The translations under genes and the position numbers were made by a program. Source: Octopus vulgaris (lineage: Eukaryota). From it: a stretch of 64,000 nucleotides of DNA. Numbering within the stretch: the stretch's first letter is position 1; the number at the start of each line of letters is the position of its first letter. Positions 52,590 to 64,000 of the stretch are shown here, in pieces. A model generated the notes under the pieces. That model was not told the DNA's origin. It was given only the letters and a program-made list of their open reading frames with translations, and did no database searches. The stretch covers positions 15,438,001 to 15,502,000 of the forward strand of contig OX597817.1 in assembly GCA_951406725.2 (NCBI GenBank). Direction: 5' to 3'.

Positions 52590-53780
52590 TAATAATGAAC
52601 TTATTGTATACAATATTCCGGTGCACTACAAATCATAAGAAATGGTACAAGCTAGTCTTGTGCCAAAATTAAAAAGAATTATTAGTAAGTACATAGAATA
52701 ATACATAAAAAGATAGGGAAGTGAGTCATTAAAAAAGTAGGGGAACATGAAGTGTGGTGTTGGCAAATTTTGGGAAGCATGAAAGTTTTGAAGAATGCAG
52801 TGTCCTAACAGCTATCAACTGATGCAGGTGGTTTATTCCATGTTTCAGCAATTTTGAATGTGGCAAAAATGTTTTCCAAAAGTCATGTATGCTGTGCTGC
52901 TTTCTGATTTTGTAAGCATTAATATGGTTATTAAACATATAGAATTCCAAAAAGATGTGTTGCTGAGAAAATGATGAATAATCTTCTGGGTGTCTAACAA
53001 TTCAGTTGCTAGATGTCAGAGCTTTAATGTGTCCATACTCAGAGAAACAAGGCATTCAGAGTATGGTAGATGCCTGATGGTGGGTATTTGTCTGGTTGCA
53101 CATTTCTGGACAGTTTCCAGGAGATTGATATTCTGAGACTGATATTCTGAGTGTTCCAGACTAGTGATGAAAGCTCTAAGTGTGGATGTATCATAGCTAT
53201 ATACAGCTTTAAACTGATAACTGGTGAATGGCTGACAAAGGTCTTACTGAGTGATGCTAAGACACCCTTGACCTTCTTGACAATTTTAGAAATGTTTATC
53301 CAATGCAACTTGCTGTTGACAATATTGTCCAGGTCATGTTCACTAGCAGACTTCTTAAGATTGGTGTTGTGGAAGGACTGTGAAAGCTAGTGTTTTTTTC
53401 TTCCTAAAATGTATGGTCATGTACTTGTCCACAATCAGTTTGAATTGCTAGTCACTAATCCATTGTTGCACTGTGACCAGTTCTGATTATAGGAAAGCTC
53501 TATAACATATAGGATATGTCCTTTTTATCTCAAGGTGCAGCTTGATGTCATCTGAGAATATTTTAACACTGTATCATTCTTCAAGTTGGAATCTATGTCA
53601 TTAAAATATGCAACAGGTGCATGAGTGGCTGTGTGGTAAGTAGCTTCCTAACCAACCACATGGTTCCGGGTTCAGTCCCACTGCGTGGCATCTTGGGCAA
53701 GTGTCTTCTGCTATAGCCTCGGGCCGACCAATGCCTTGTGAGTGGATTTGGTAGACGGAAACTGAAAGAAGCCTGTCGTA

Positions 53781-53821
<41 letters not shown>

Positions 53822-54230
53822 TTGTTTGTGTTTGTGTGTCTGTGTTTGTCCCCCTAGCATTGCTTGACAACCGATGCTGGTGTGTTTATGTCCCCGTCAC
53901 TTAGCGGTTCGGCAAAAGAGACCGATAGAATAAGTACTGGGCTTACAAAAAGAATAAGTCCCGGGGTCGAGTTGCTCGATTAAAGGCAGTGCTCCAGCAT
54001 GGCCGCAGTCAAATGACTGAAACAAGTAAAAGAGTAACAAACAACCGAAGTCCAAGAACAGATCCCTGTGGTACACCAGATGTCATCTTATAGGGTGCAG
54101 AATGCTACCCTAGAATTGTAGCAACCTCTTTTCATTCGAGAATGAAGGACTTCAACCAAGTTATAAAGATCATCTCTCACACCCTTTGCATAAGTCATTT
54201 GTATGGAACAGAATTAAAAGCTTGTACAAA
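52590..54230 (-). pseudogene. Degenerate CR1-type LINE (RT C-half and 3' UTR) interrupted by SINE B
   Basis: SGVPQGSVLGL, FSDDIKL, LKLYIAMIHPHLE, HINAYKIRKQH; 3' UTR shared with 59735-60150. Confidence 0.82.
53616..54035 (+). mobile_element. SINE family B, full length
   Basis: Matches the 10045 copy. Confidence 0.93.
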
Positions 54231-54599
54231 TGTTATTTCTCCTAACATTTAAATGAGTGAGAACTGAAAGAGAAGTGCTAAGCACACACTATACAAGATA
54301 TGTAGGCAATTCTCAGGGATAATTTGCGAGATAGAGCTAATATAAGCCTAATAGCAACATATATCTGAATGGAATAATGTAACAGATAAGACTATAAAAA
54401 ATAACTAAGTGTGGGAAAAGCAGGTAGCAAGAATATTGAAAGGGTGCAGAGTCTGATACGAGCTATGACTGAAATCCAATGTGTTCTCTGATTGCTCACT
54501 AGGGTTAGGGAGCATATAGATGATATAATTTATATTATGGTGGAAGACAGTAAAAGAATATGGTATTGAATGAAAGAGTGAAAGAAATTGAGTGAATTG

Positions 54600-55110
54600 C
54601 ACTTATGAGAGTTATGAAGAGTCTTATGTTTCTATAAAAAGTCAGTTTATATGAAAACCGATGTAAAATGCATAGTGCTGTACTATAGTAAGTCAAAGGT
54701 AGAAGTGCTGAGGGTCTGGAAAGGAACAATTTGTAGGATCAATTGATGCCTAATATAAACAAATGAAGACATGGAATCAAGTTTTGAAGGCCTATCTCAA
54801 AATGCTGAGCTTAACAAGGGAGATGACAGAGGATTGAGATATATGGCACATTGTTGCACTCAAGAAGACCCACCCACCACAACAGAATTGATATCCTAAA
54901 ACCAAGGTGCCACATAAAAAGCATTGGTGTGGGTGCCAGTGCCACGCAAAAAGTGCTGGTGATGGTGTCATGTAAAAAGTACCCAATATACTCTGGAAAG
55001 TGGTTGGCATTAGGAAGGGCATCCAACTGTAGAAACCAAGTGAAAACAGACGACAGAACCTCCTGGTACTATGCCTGGCCTTGCAGTTCCTGTGAAGCCA
55101 TCTGACCCAT
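54600..55110 (+). pseudogene. Old RTE LINE 3' fragment
   Basis: LKMLSLTREMTED*DIW followed by degenerate 3' UTR units and GGAAGGGCATCCAACTGTAGAAAC. Confidence 0.65.
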
Positions 55111-55961
55111 GTTGCTCCAGTCCACTCAGCTGGCAAAAATGAGTAATGTTGCGATGGACTGGCGTCCTGTTCAGCTGGGGAACACATACACCACAGAACC
55201 CGGGAAACTGGGCCCATGAGCCTGGCTAGGCTTTAAAAAGGGTGCATATATTTTTTTTATTTTGTACACTTATCAGTCAATGATTGTAGGAAAAACAGAT
55301 GTGCATGGAATTCCAAAGGGTCGCAATTTGTGAGTGGGGTCTGGTAGGTGGGACTCAGTATGAATGACAAGAGGAGAGATGAGTGGAGAGGATCTACTAT
55401 TATGAGAAGTAAAGTCTGTTATAGTGGCTGTAGGAAAGGCAAAGAAGGGGAAACTACACTGTTCTGCACCAGATAGTGTTCGCAAATGAATCATTATCAA
55501 TCTGTTATATGGTTTCTTTTAGATTACTCTAAAATCTGCGGGTGTTGTAGCATACAAAATGTAACCAGTGCTGGAACTGGATACAAGCTATGAGCTAAAC
55601 AACCTCATTTGAAAGCCACACAGTCGCAATTACAATCAAAATTATTAAAAGACAAATAGGTTTTTAAATCTTGCATGGCTTTGTGGTATAACATTTCAAA
55701 CTTTACTCTGCTAAGGGCCTCACCAAGTCTAAGTTAAGCAGTACCTTCAACATGGTACTGAAATTTACAGATGATCAGCAAATGAACACGGCTAACATAG
55801 TTATATCATTGCTCCTAGTTTTTATGATTGCATTTTGACAGTGTTATACATGTATGGAATACCATGAAAGATCATCAGTGATTGTAAACATTTGTTATAA
55901 TTTGAGCAATTTATTTATACATTGTTGATGACTAGAGTAAGGCACTAATCTGTTTCTTTGA

Positions 55962-56236
55962 CACATACATACATACATACATACATACATACATACATAC
56001 ATGCATACATACATACATACATGCATACATACATACATACATACATAGATACATACATACATACATACATACATACACACATACATACATACATACGTAC
56101 ATACATACATACGTACATACATACATACATACATACATACATACATACATACATACATACATACATACATACATACATACATACATACATACATACATAC
56201 ATACATACATACATACATACATACATACATACATAC

Positions 56237-56267
<31 letters not shown>

Positions 56268-56381
56268 CATACATACATACATACATACATACATACATAC
56301 ATACATACATACATACATACATACATACATACATACATACATACATGCATACATACATACATACATACATACATACATACA

Positions 56382-56412
<31 letters not shown>
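55962..56412. repeat. (CATA)n array
   Basis: Direct reading. Confidence 0.97.
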
Positions 56413-56454
56413 GAGCACGTGTGTACACACATGTGCTCCCCACCATATATATTT

Positions 56455-56660
56455 ATATCATCATCATCATTGTTTAACGTCCGCTTTCCATGCTAGCATG
56501 GGTTGGATGTATGACTGAGGGCTGGCGAACCAGATGGCTGCATCAGGCTTCAATCTTGATTTGGCAGAGTTTCTACAGCTGGATACCCCTCCTAATGCCA
56601 ACCACTCCGAGAGTGTAGTGGGTGCTTATGCGTGCCAGTCAGGTGGCACTGGCAATGATC
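56455..56660 (-). mobile_element. RTE 3'-end fragment
   Basis: Reverse complement of the RTE tail with (GAT)n. Confidence 0.82.
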
Positions 56661-56675
56661 TCATATATATATATG

Positions 56676-57585
56676 CGTGAATAACCTGGGCAAAGTTTAG
56701 AAAGCTTCTTCTACTGGCACAAAGAGTCTCTCGCTCAGAGTGAAAGGTAGATTGTATGATGCATGTGTGCGAACTGCCATGCTTCATGGCAGTGAAACAT
56801 GAGTCGTGACTGCTGAAAACATGCATAGGCTTGAAAGAAATGAAGCTAGCATGATTCGCTGCATGTGAAATGTCAGTGTGCACATGCGACAGAGTGTGAG
56901 TGCCCTGAGAGAAATGTTGGACATAAGAAGCATTGGATGTGGCGTGCAGGAGAGACGTTTGCGTTGGTATGGTCATGTACTACGGATGGATGAGGAGAAC
57001 TGTGTGACGTGCCACTCCCAAACAGTGGAAGGAATCCGGGATAGAGGGAGACCCAGGAAGACATGGGATGAGGTGGTCAAGCATGACCTTCAAACGTTGG
57101 GCCTCACAAAAGCAATGATGAAAGGCCGAGACCTCTGGAGATATGCTGTGACTGCGAAGACACGACAAATAAAGTGAGTTCATGGCTCGCAGGATGGCCT
57201 GCTGTGCTTACCTTGGATCATTGTAAGTCAAGTACATCAACATCAAAATAAAAATCAAATGGAAATTGTAATTGTGATATCTGTGCCGGTGGCATGTAAA
57301 AAAACACCATCCGAACGTGGCCAATACCAGCACCGCCTTGACTGGAGTCCATGCTGGTGACACGAAAAAAGCACCATCCGATCATTGCCAGCCTCCTCTG
57401 GCCCCTGTGTCGGTGGTACGTAAAAAGCACCCACTACACTCATGGACGTTAGGAAAGGCATCCAGCTGTAGAAACACTGCCAGATCAGACTGGAGCCTGG
57501 TGCAGCCTCCTGGCTTCACAGATCCCGGTCGAAAAGTCCAACCCATGATAGTATGGAAAATGGACGTTAAACGATGATGATGATA
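56676..57585 (+). pseudogene. 5'-truncated RTE LINE (ORF2 C-terminus and 3' UTR)
   Basis: VKGRLYDACVRTAMLHGSET, RRLRWYGHVLRMD, RGRPRKTWDEVV..DL, RDLWRYAV, then repeat units and (GAT)n. Confidence 0.9.
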
Positions 57586-57749
57586 ATATATATATATATA
57601 TACGCTTCCTCCTGACACTGCCTCAATCCGACCATCCCCTTTTAGTACCCTCCCGCCTCGTAATATCCTACGTTTTTATTTCTTAGGAACCTACACCAAC
57701 CCTTCCTGCCATCGTTCCTCCTTACCCCAACCTTCCGACACGTTAAAAT

Positions 57750-57989
57750 GCTCGAACCGATCGTGACGATGCCGGACCCTCCGGCCCCTGTGCAGGTGGC
57801 ATGTAAAAAGCACCCAATCCACTCACGGAGTGGTTGGCGTTAGGAAGGGCATCCAGCCGTAGAAACTCTGCCAGATTCAGACTGGAGCCTGGAGCGGCCC
57901 CTGGCTTCCCAGACCCGGTCAAACCGTCCAACCCGTGCTAGCGCGGAAAGCGGACGTTAAACGATGATGATGATGATGATGATGATGAT
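57750..57989 (+). mobile_element. RTE 3'-end fragment
   Basis: Last repeat unit, conserved tail and (GAT)n. Confidence 0.85.
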
Positions 57990-58924
57990 ATAAAATGAGT
58001 ATTGCATTTTATCTCTGCTATGGTATGCTTTTAATATATTTTAATTAATCATATTTTATTGACACATATTGTCCATGCATCTATAACTTTCCTCCTTCTT
58101 GTTTCTATCGTGGATATACCAAGTTCAGGCACTTGCATAACATTTTATATTTTCCTTATACATTCAGGTACATTTTTATATGTTCACATGTATTTATATG
58201 TATGTTTTTATATATTTTTATGTAATTTTGTACACACATGTATATCTTTATGTGTTTTTATGTAATTTTGTACATGCATATATATTTTTTTTACGGTTTT
58301 TATGAGTGTTGCCATGCTGGGGCATCTGCTTGAAAAACTTTTCATTCAAAATTAATCAATCCCAGTACTTTTTTCCTTTCTTTTTTCTTAAGCCTGCAAC
58401 TTATTCTATCGATCCCTTTTGCGGAACCACTAAGTTATGGGGATGTAAACACACCAACACTAGTTATCAAGTAGTAGTGGGACAACAAACACAGCCACAC
58501 ACACACACTTCAGTCATGGACAAACAGCATAAATGGCTCACCAATGAAAAAATTACCTTGAAAGGTTTTTAGTGAGTGCGACTTGCACGATGATGAGCTA
58601 GTCTCATATGGCCCGCTTCCCGAAAAAGTTTAGCAAATGCTTGGTATACACAACGGGAGAGATAAGTTTAATAAATGAAATGAAACATCTGTTATCCTAG
58701 GATGAATGAACTAGCGAAAGCTGTCTTTACTTATTAGGAGTAAGGTGGGAAAGCTATTTGTTTATATTTTAGTATTAAAAAAATTTCCTTTTACGCAAAT
58801 TTTTTCATGGGAGATAACCCCGTTTCTGTTGAAAAATTTAGTTCTAGAATTACTAAGAATTAATACTAGACTTTCTGTATAGTTTCATTCGATGTGTGTG
58901 TGTGTATGTGTGTGTAGATTATCT

Positions 58925-59155
58925 GTTTCTTTATTGCCCACAAGGGGCTAAACATAGAGGGGACAAACAAGAACAGACAAGCGGATTAAGTCGATTACAT
59001 CGACCCCAGTGCGTAACTGGTACTTTATTTATCGACCCCGAAAGGATGAAAGGCAAAGTCGACCTCGGCGGAATTTGAACTCAGAACGTAGCGGCAGACG
59101 AAATACGGCTACGCATTTCGCCCTGCGTGCTAACGTTTCTGCCAGCTCACCACCT
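58925..59155 (-). mobile_element. SINE family A, CpGs largely intact
   Basis: Reverse complement of family A. Confidence 0.92.
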
Positions 59156-59734
59156 TTATCACTCTACTGATGTCCATTGACGTGCAACCAGACGATTACT
59201 ACCCATCGGTTACAAAATCTTGAACGTCACGCTTCTCTGGGCATCGACAAACTGAAAGCTACAACATTCATTAGCCAGCTGACTTGATTATCCACCATCT
59301 TTCCAACAATTTTGGCTACTTTTTTTTTAATTCAATAACTCTATCAGCCCTGGACACGCAAATAGAATAAAACTCTCTTCCTCTTTCTCGCCGAGTTCAT
59401 TATATTTTTATAAGTTGTAGCCCACCGGCAGAATCGTTAGAGCGTCGGACAAAATGCTTAACAGTTTTTCTTCTGGCTCCTTACTTTCTAAGTTCAATTC
59501 TACTGAAGTCAACTTCGCCTTTCATCCTCTTGAGGTCGATGAAAGATCTTTTCCTTTTGAAGGCCGGATTTCAACACAATTTCTAGTTAACTAAACACTT
59601 TAAAACTTCGTATACTGGGTGAATGTGTCAAAAGAAAACATTATTTTCACTTGGCTTTCTTGATAAAATTGTAATTCGTTTGTTTAACGTAGTTTAATTT
59701 TTCGAATTTTAACCAATGAATCGCTTCTATTTAA

Positions 59735-60150
59735 TAATAATAATAATAAAACATTGTGTACAGTGCTCAGGTGCACTACAACTCATCTAAAGTGTATATA
59801 TAATCAGGTGTAGTTTCGGCGGATTTCGGAAAGCATGAGGGCCTTAAAGGATGCAGTGTCATGACAGTCAACAACTGACGCAGGCAGTTTATTCCATGCT
59901 TCAGCAACTCTGAGCGTGAAGAAATGTTTCCGAAAGTCATGGGAGCTGTGTTGTTTTCTGACTTTGTAGGCATGTCCACGTGTGTTAGACACATGGAGAT
60001 CAAAAAGGTGTTCAGTGTTGTTGTTGGTGAGGTGGTTGATAACTTTGTGGGTGTTTACCAAGTCCGTCGCCAGACGCCGGAGCTTCAGTGAATCCATGCC
60101 CAGGGAAACAAGGCGCTCAGAATATGGTAGGTGTCTGATGGAGGGTATGG
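59735..60150 (-). pseudogene. 5'-truncated CR1-type LINE
   Basis: YSERLVSLGMDSLKLRRLATDL, TRGHAYKV, FFTLRVAEAWNKLP; 3' stem-loop AGTGC-ACCTGA-GCACT and (ATT)n tail. Confidence 0.9.
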
Positions 60151-60247
60151 AGGGAAATCTGGCCTTCAAAAGGAAAAGATCCCGATGAAATAATGTCATC
60201 CCCTCAAAATTGTTGGCATGAAGCCAAAATTAGGAAGAATTATAAGT

Positions 60248-60460
60248 AAGGTGACTAGCTGGTTGAATCGTTTGCACACCGGACAAAACGCTTAGCAACA
60301 TTTCTTTGGACACTACATTTTGAGTTCAAACTCTACCGAGGACGTCATTGCCTTTCATCTTTTCGAGACCGATAAAATAAGTACCAGTTGAGCACTGGGG
60401 TCGATGTAATCAACTTGCCTCCTCTCTCCAAATTTCGGCCGTGTGTCTCTAGCAGAACAG
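60248..60460 (+). mobile_element. Old SINE A-type copy
   Basis: GAGTTCAAACTC B box and GCCTTTCATCTTTTCGAGACCGATAAAATAAGTACCAG. Confidence 0.8.
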
Positions 60461-60555
60461 AATATTGTTGTTTGCGAGTGAGAGAGACTTAGCTGGTACA
60501 CTACGAACATTAACTTCTGGATGAGTTTTGACAGAGTTATCTACACTTGTTTCCA

Positions 60556-60966
60556 CTCTCTCTTTTACTTGTTTCAGTCATTTGACTGCGGCCATGCTGG
60601 AGCACCGCCTTTAGTCGAGCAACTCGACCCCGGGACTTATTCTTTGTAAGCCCAGTACTTATTCTATCAGTCTCTTTCGCCGAACCGCTAAGTGACGGGG
60701 ACATAAACACACCAGCATCGGTTGTCAAGCAATGCTAGGGGGACAAACACAGACACACAAACATGCACACACACACACGCACACATATATATATACATAT
60801 ATACGACGGGCTTCTTTCAGTTTCCGTCTACCAAATCCACTCACAAGGCTTTGGTCGGCCCGAGGCTATAGCAGAAGACACTTGCCCAAGATGCCACGCA
60901 GTGGGACTGAACCCGGAACCATGTAGTTGGTTAGCAAGCTACTTACCACACAGCCACTCCTGCGCC
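60556..60966 (-). mobile_element. SINE family B, full length
   Basis: Reverse complement of the 10045 copy. Confidence 0.93.
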
Positions 60967-61641
60967 TATTTATCTTTAAATGAATCCATAATTCTCATCT
61001 TGTAGTAGAATCTTCAATATATCAAAACATTTTTTACTTTTCCAATGACCATTTTGTAGACAATATAATGATGGACAAAAAACTCCTAGCTAGTAATATG
61101 AGGTGACATTCTGCCTGACTCACTTAAGTTCCTTGCCTCTAGTGTTGCGACAGAGCTGTTGCTATACGTATATTAGGTTCCCTGGTTTATTTTTCGAATT
61201 TGGATTTATTTTTTCGAATTTAATTAATTTACAGGAATTTTCTTCGCTAGAATTAATGTTGCATGTTATTCTAAATGCTCTTAGTCATCTTTAGCTCCTC
61301 TGAATTATTCATCTTAATTAATTTTCTTTTCATTTACCCATATTACCGAAACCATCAAGTTGTTTTATTCTTGTATATATTTAAGTGCCTCGTCTGCTGA
61401 AGACAAGGCAGAACAATTGCTGTTCTGATGACGTGTACTGATGTAGAAACGAATGTGAACAGCTGTCCTCTTATCTTGAGACAATCAGACAGTCCATTCC
61501 TCAATGGCATGTCAATTTTGAAGAATACTTGATTCTTGATATTATCTCTCCTTCACAGCTGGAGTTGGTAACAATTGCCACTAAGCAATTGATATCTCAG
61601 GAAGCGGTAATAATCTCAATAAACCAAGAATTTATTATATA

Positions 61642-62433
61642 CTAGCAGTATCGCCCGGCGTTGCTCGGGTTTGTAAGGGAAATAACTATATAAGCATTTT
61701 TAGAGAGTTATAGCCAAAATTAGCAAAAAAATGCATTAAAAATGGAAAAAAAAATGATGGTAAATGTTTTAAAAAATCGTTGACTCATCGTAGACATTTT
61801 TAGAGAGTTACTTCCCTTATATAATAGCGAAAAAATACATTAAAATGGAAAAAAATGATGGTAAATTTTTTTTAAATCGTAGACTCATCGTAGACGCGCG
61901 CTAATACCCAGAAGGGCTCGATATAAATCACGACTATAAGATACCCGGTTTTGGTTAAACTGCACCGCAAAATGTGGGAGTAGTTAGGAATCTAAATCGT
62001 AGGAGACAGACACAACCTCTCTTTTATATATAAAGACTAGCAGTATCGCCCGGCGTTGCTCGGGTTTGTAAGGGAAATAACTATATAAGCATTTTTAGTG
62101 AGTTATAGCCAAAAAATAGCAAAAAAATGCATTAAAAATGGAATAAAAAATGATGGTAATTTTTTTTTAAATCGTTGACTCATCGTAGACATTTTTAGAG
62201 AGTTACTTCCCTTATATAATAGCGAAAAAGTGTATTAAAATGGAAAAAATGATGGTAAATTTTTTTTTAAATCGTAGACTCATCGTAGAGTCGCGCTAAT
62301 ACCCAGAAGGGCTCGATATGAATCACGACTATAAGATACCCGGTTTTGGTTAAACTGCACCGCAAAATGTGGGAGTAGTTAGGAATCTAAATCGTAGGAG
62401 ACAGACACACAACTTCACTTTTATATATAAAGA
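61642..62433 (-). mobile_element. Head-to-tail dimer of a ~395-bp non-autonomous Helitron
   Basis: Units 61642-62036 and 62037-62433; each has minus-strand 5' TCTTTATATATAAAAG and 3' hairpin CCCGAGCAACGCCGGG then CTAG; outer flanks A and T. Confidence 0.88.
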
Positions 62434-64000
62434 TTTGTGCAACAACTAAAACATTCGGTTGTGCAAATTGTTTGCACAGGAAACCTGCTCTGTGTGGCGG
62501 TTTTTGCCGTTTTTGTGGATCTGTTTCAGCTTTTTTAGCGATTTCTGTTTTGGCGACTTCAAGCCATGAAGTCGTTGTTCTGTCTCCTTGACAACGCTTT
62601 ACGACGTTGATTTTCCTACCCTGCCTTCCCCACAGCTTCACGAGTGAGGGAAGAAGGGGAGGAGCTACACAGGTGCAGGTGCGAGCATGGACGCCAACGC
62701 CGCCACCGACACACGAAAAAATTGGAAGAACCCAGACGACAGCTTCAGCCACCACCACCACCACCACCACCACCACCACCACCACCACCACGACCAACAC
62801 CATCACCACTACCACCATGACCACCACCACCACCATCATCACCACGACAACCACCACCAACAACAACAACACTACCACCACCACCACCACAAACACGACG
62901 ACCACCACGACCACGACCACCATCACCACTACCAGTATCACCGCCACCACCGCTGCCACTACCACCGCCTCCACCACCACCATACTATGCCTCTGCTCTC
63001 TCCTTTTGGCTACTAAATCCATTACCATATTTCACAAGTACCATCGCCATACAATATTGCCTTCAAAAGTTTGTTTGGATAATATTTTTTAAGTAAAAGT
63101 TGTGCGACAACTAAAACATTCGGTTGTGCAAATTATTTGCACGGGAAACCTTCCCTGTGTGGCGTGTTTCCCGATTTTGTAGAATTTGCTTTCGGGGTTT
63201 CTTAGCCATTTCTGTTTTGGTGTCTTCAAGCCATGAAGTCGTTGTTCTAAAAGAACGCTGGTCTCCTTGACAACGCTTTACGACGTTGATTTTCTTACAC
63301 TCCCTTCCCCACAGCTTCACGAGGGAGGGAAGAAGGGGGAGAAGCAACACAGGTGCAGGTGTGACCATGGACGCCAACTCCGCCGCCTTCCTTTTATTTA
63401 AAAAATATGCGTTAAAATGGAAAAAAATTATAGTAAATTATTTTTAAAATCGTAGACTCATCGTAGACGCGCGCTAATACCCAGACGGGCTCGATATGAA
63501 TCACGACTATAAGATACCCGAATTTGGTGAAACTGCACCGCAAAATGTGGGAGTAGTTAGGAATCTAAATCGAAGGGGACAGACACTCACGCAACTACAG
63601 TTTTATATATATAGATATACTAGCAGTATCGCCCGGCGTTGCTCGGGTTTGTAAGGGAAATAACTATATAAGCATTTTTAGAGAGTTTCTTCCTTTATAG
63701 ATGCCAATTCGGGCTTTCTTAGCCATTTCTGTTTTGGTGTCTTCAAGCCATGAAGTCGTTATTCTAAAAGAACGCTGGTCTCCTTGACAACGCATTACGA
63801 CGTTGATTTCCTTAAACTCCCTTCCCCACAGCTTCACGAGGGAGGGAAGAAGGGGGAGAAGCAAACACAGGTGCAGGTGTTTGAGCGTGGACGCCAACTC
63901 CGCCGCCATCGACACACGAAAACTTATGCATTAAAATGGAATAAAAAATGATGTTAAATTATTTTTAAAATCGTAGACTCATCGTAGACGCGCGCTAATA
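62434..64000 (-). mobile_element. Longer derivatives of the same Helitron (62434-63615 and 63620 to window end)
   Basis: 5' TC end at 63615, new CTAG end at 63620-63623; an internal block occurs at about 62435, 63100 and partially 63710; (CCA)n at 62750-62980. Confidence 0.8.

Overview
Eukaryotic, AT-rich, repeat-dominated non-coding DNA. The SINE repertoire and very high microsatellite load point to an octopus genome; this is inferred from pattern recognition, not from a search. I find no credible intact host protein-coding gene. Most ORFs in the track are microsatellite or SINE translations, and the rest are decayed transposon proteins: a MULE transposase, Penelope GIY-YIG endonucleases, Gypsy gag/integrase, and CR1, RTE and R4/Dong C-termini. 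The window holds three tRNA-derived SINE families (here A, B, C) in many copies, a TIR MITE family with internal TTAGGG, and non-autonomous Helitrons including a head-to-tail dimer. The most interesting signal is a set of hammerhead-ribozyme (HHR) motifs on Penelope-type ends. One is essentially intact (16930-16972). Another pair sits in a 511-bp fold-back element with a 12-bp TSD, built from two head-to-head arms of tRNA head + HHR-like tail (44130-44640), a candidate Penelope-mobilised SINE. Other observations: SINE A appears to insert at GGTA/GGTAT sites including its own interior; RTE 3' UTRs carry tandem compact pseudoknot motifs; and a CRE/NF-kB motif cluster at about 40.3-41 kb borders an apparently CpG-depleted domain. 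All coordinates were read by eye; boundaries of degenerate elements are approximate.
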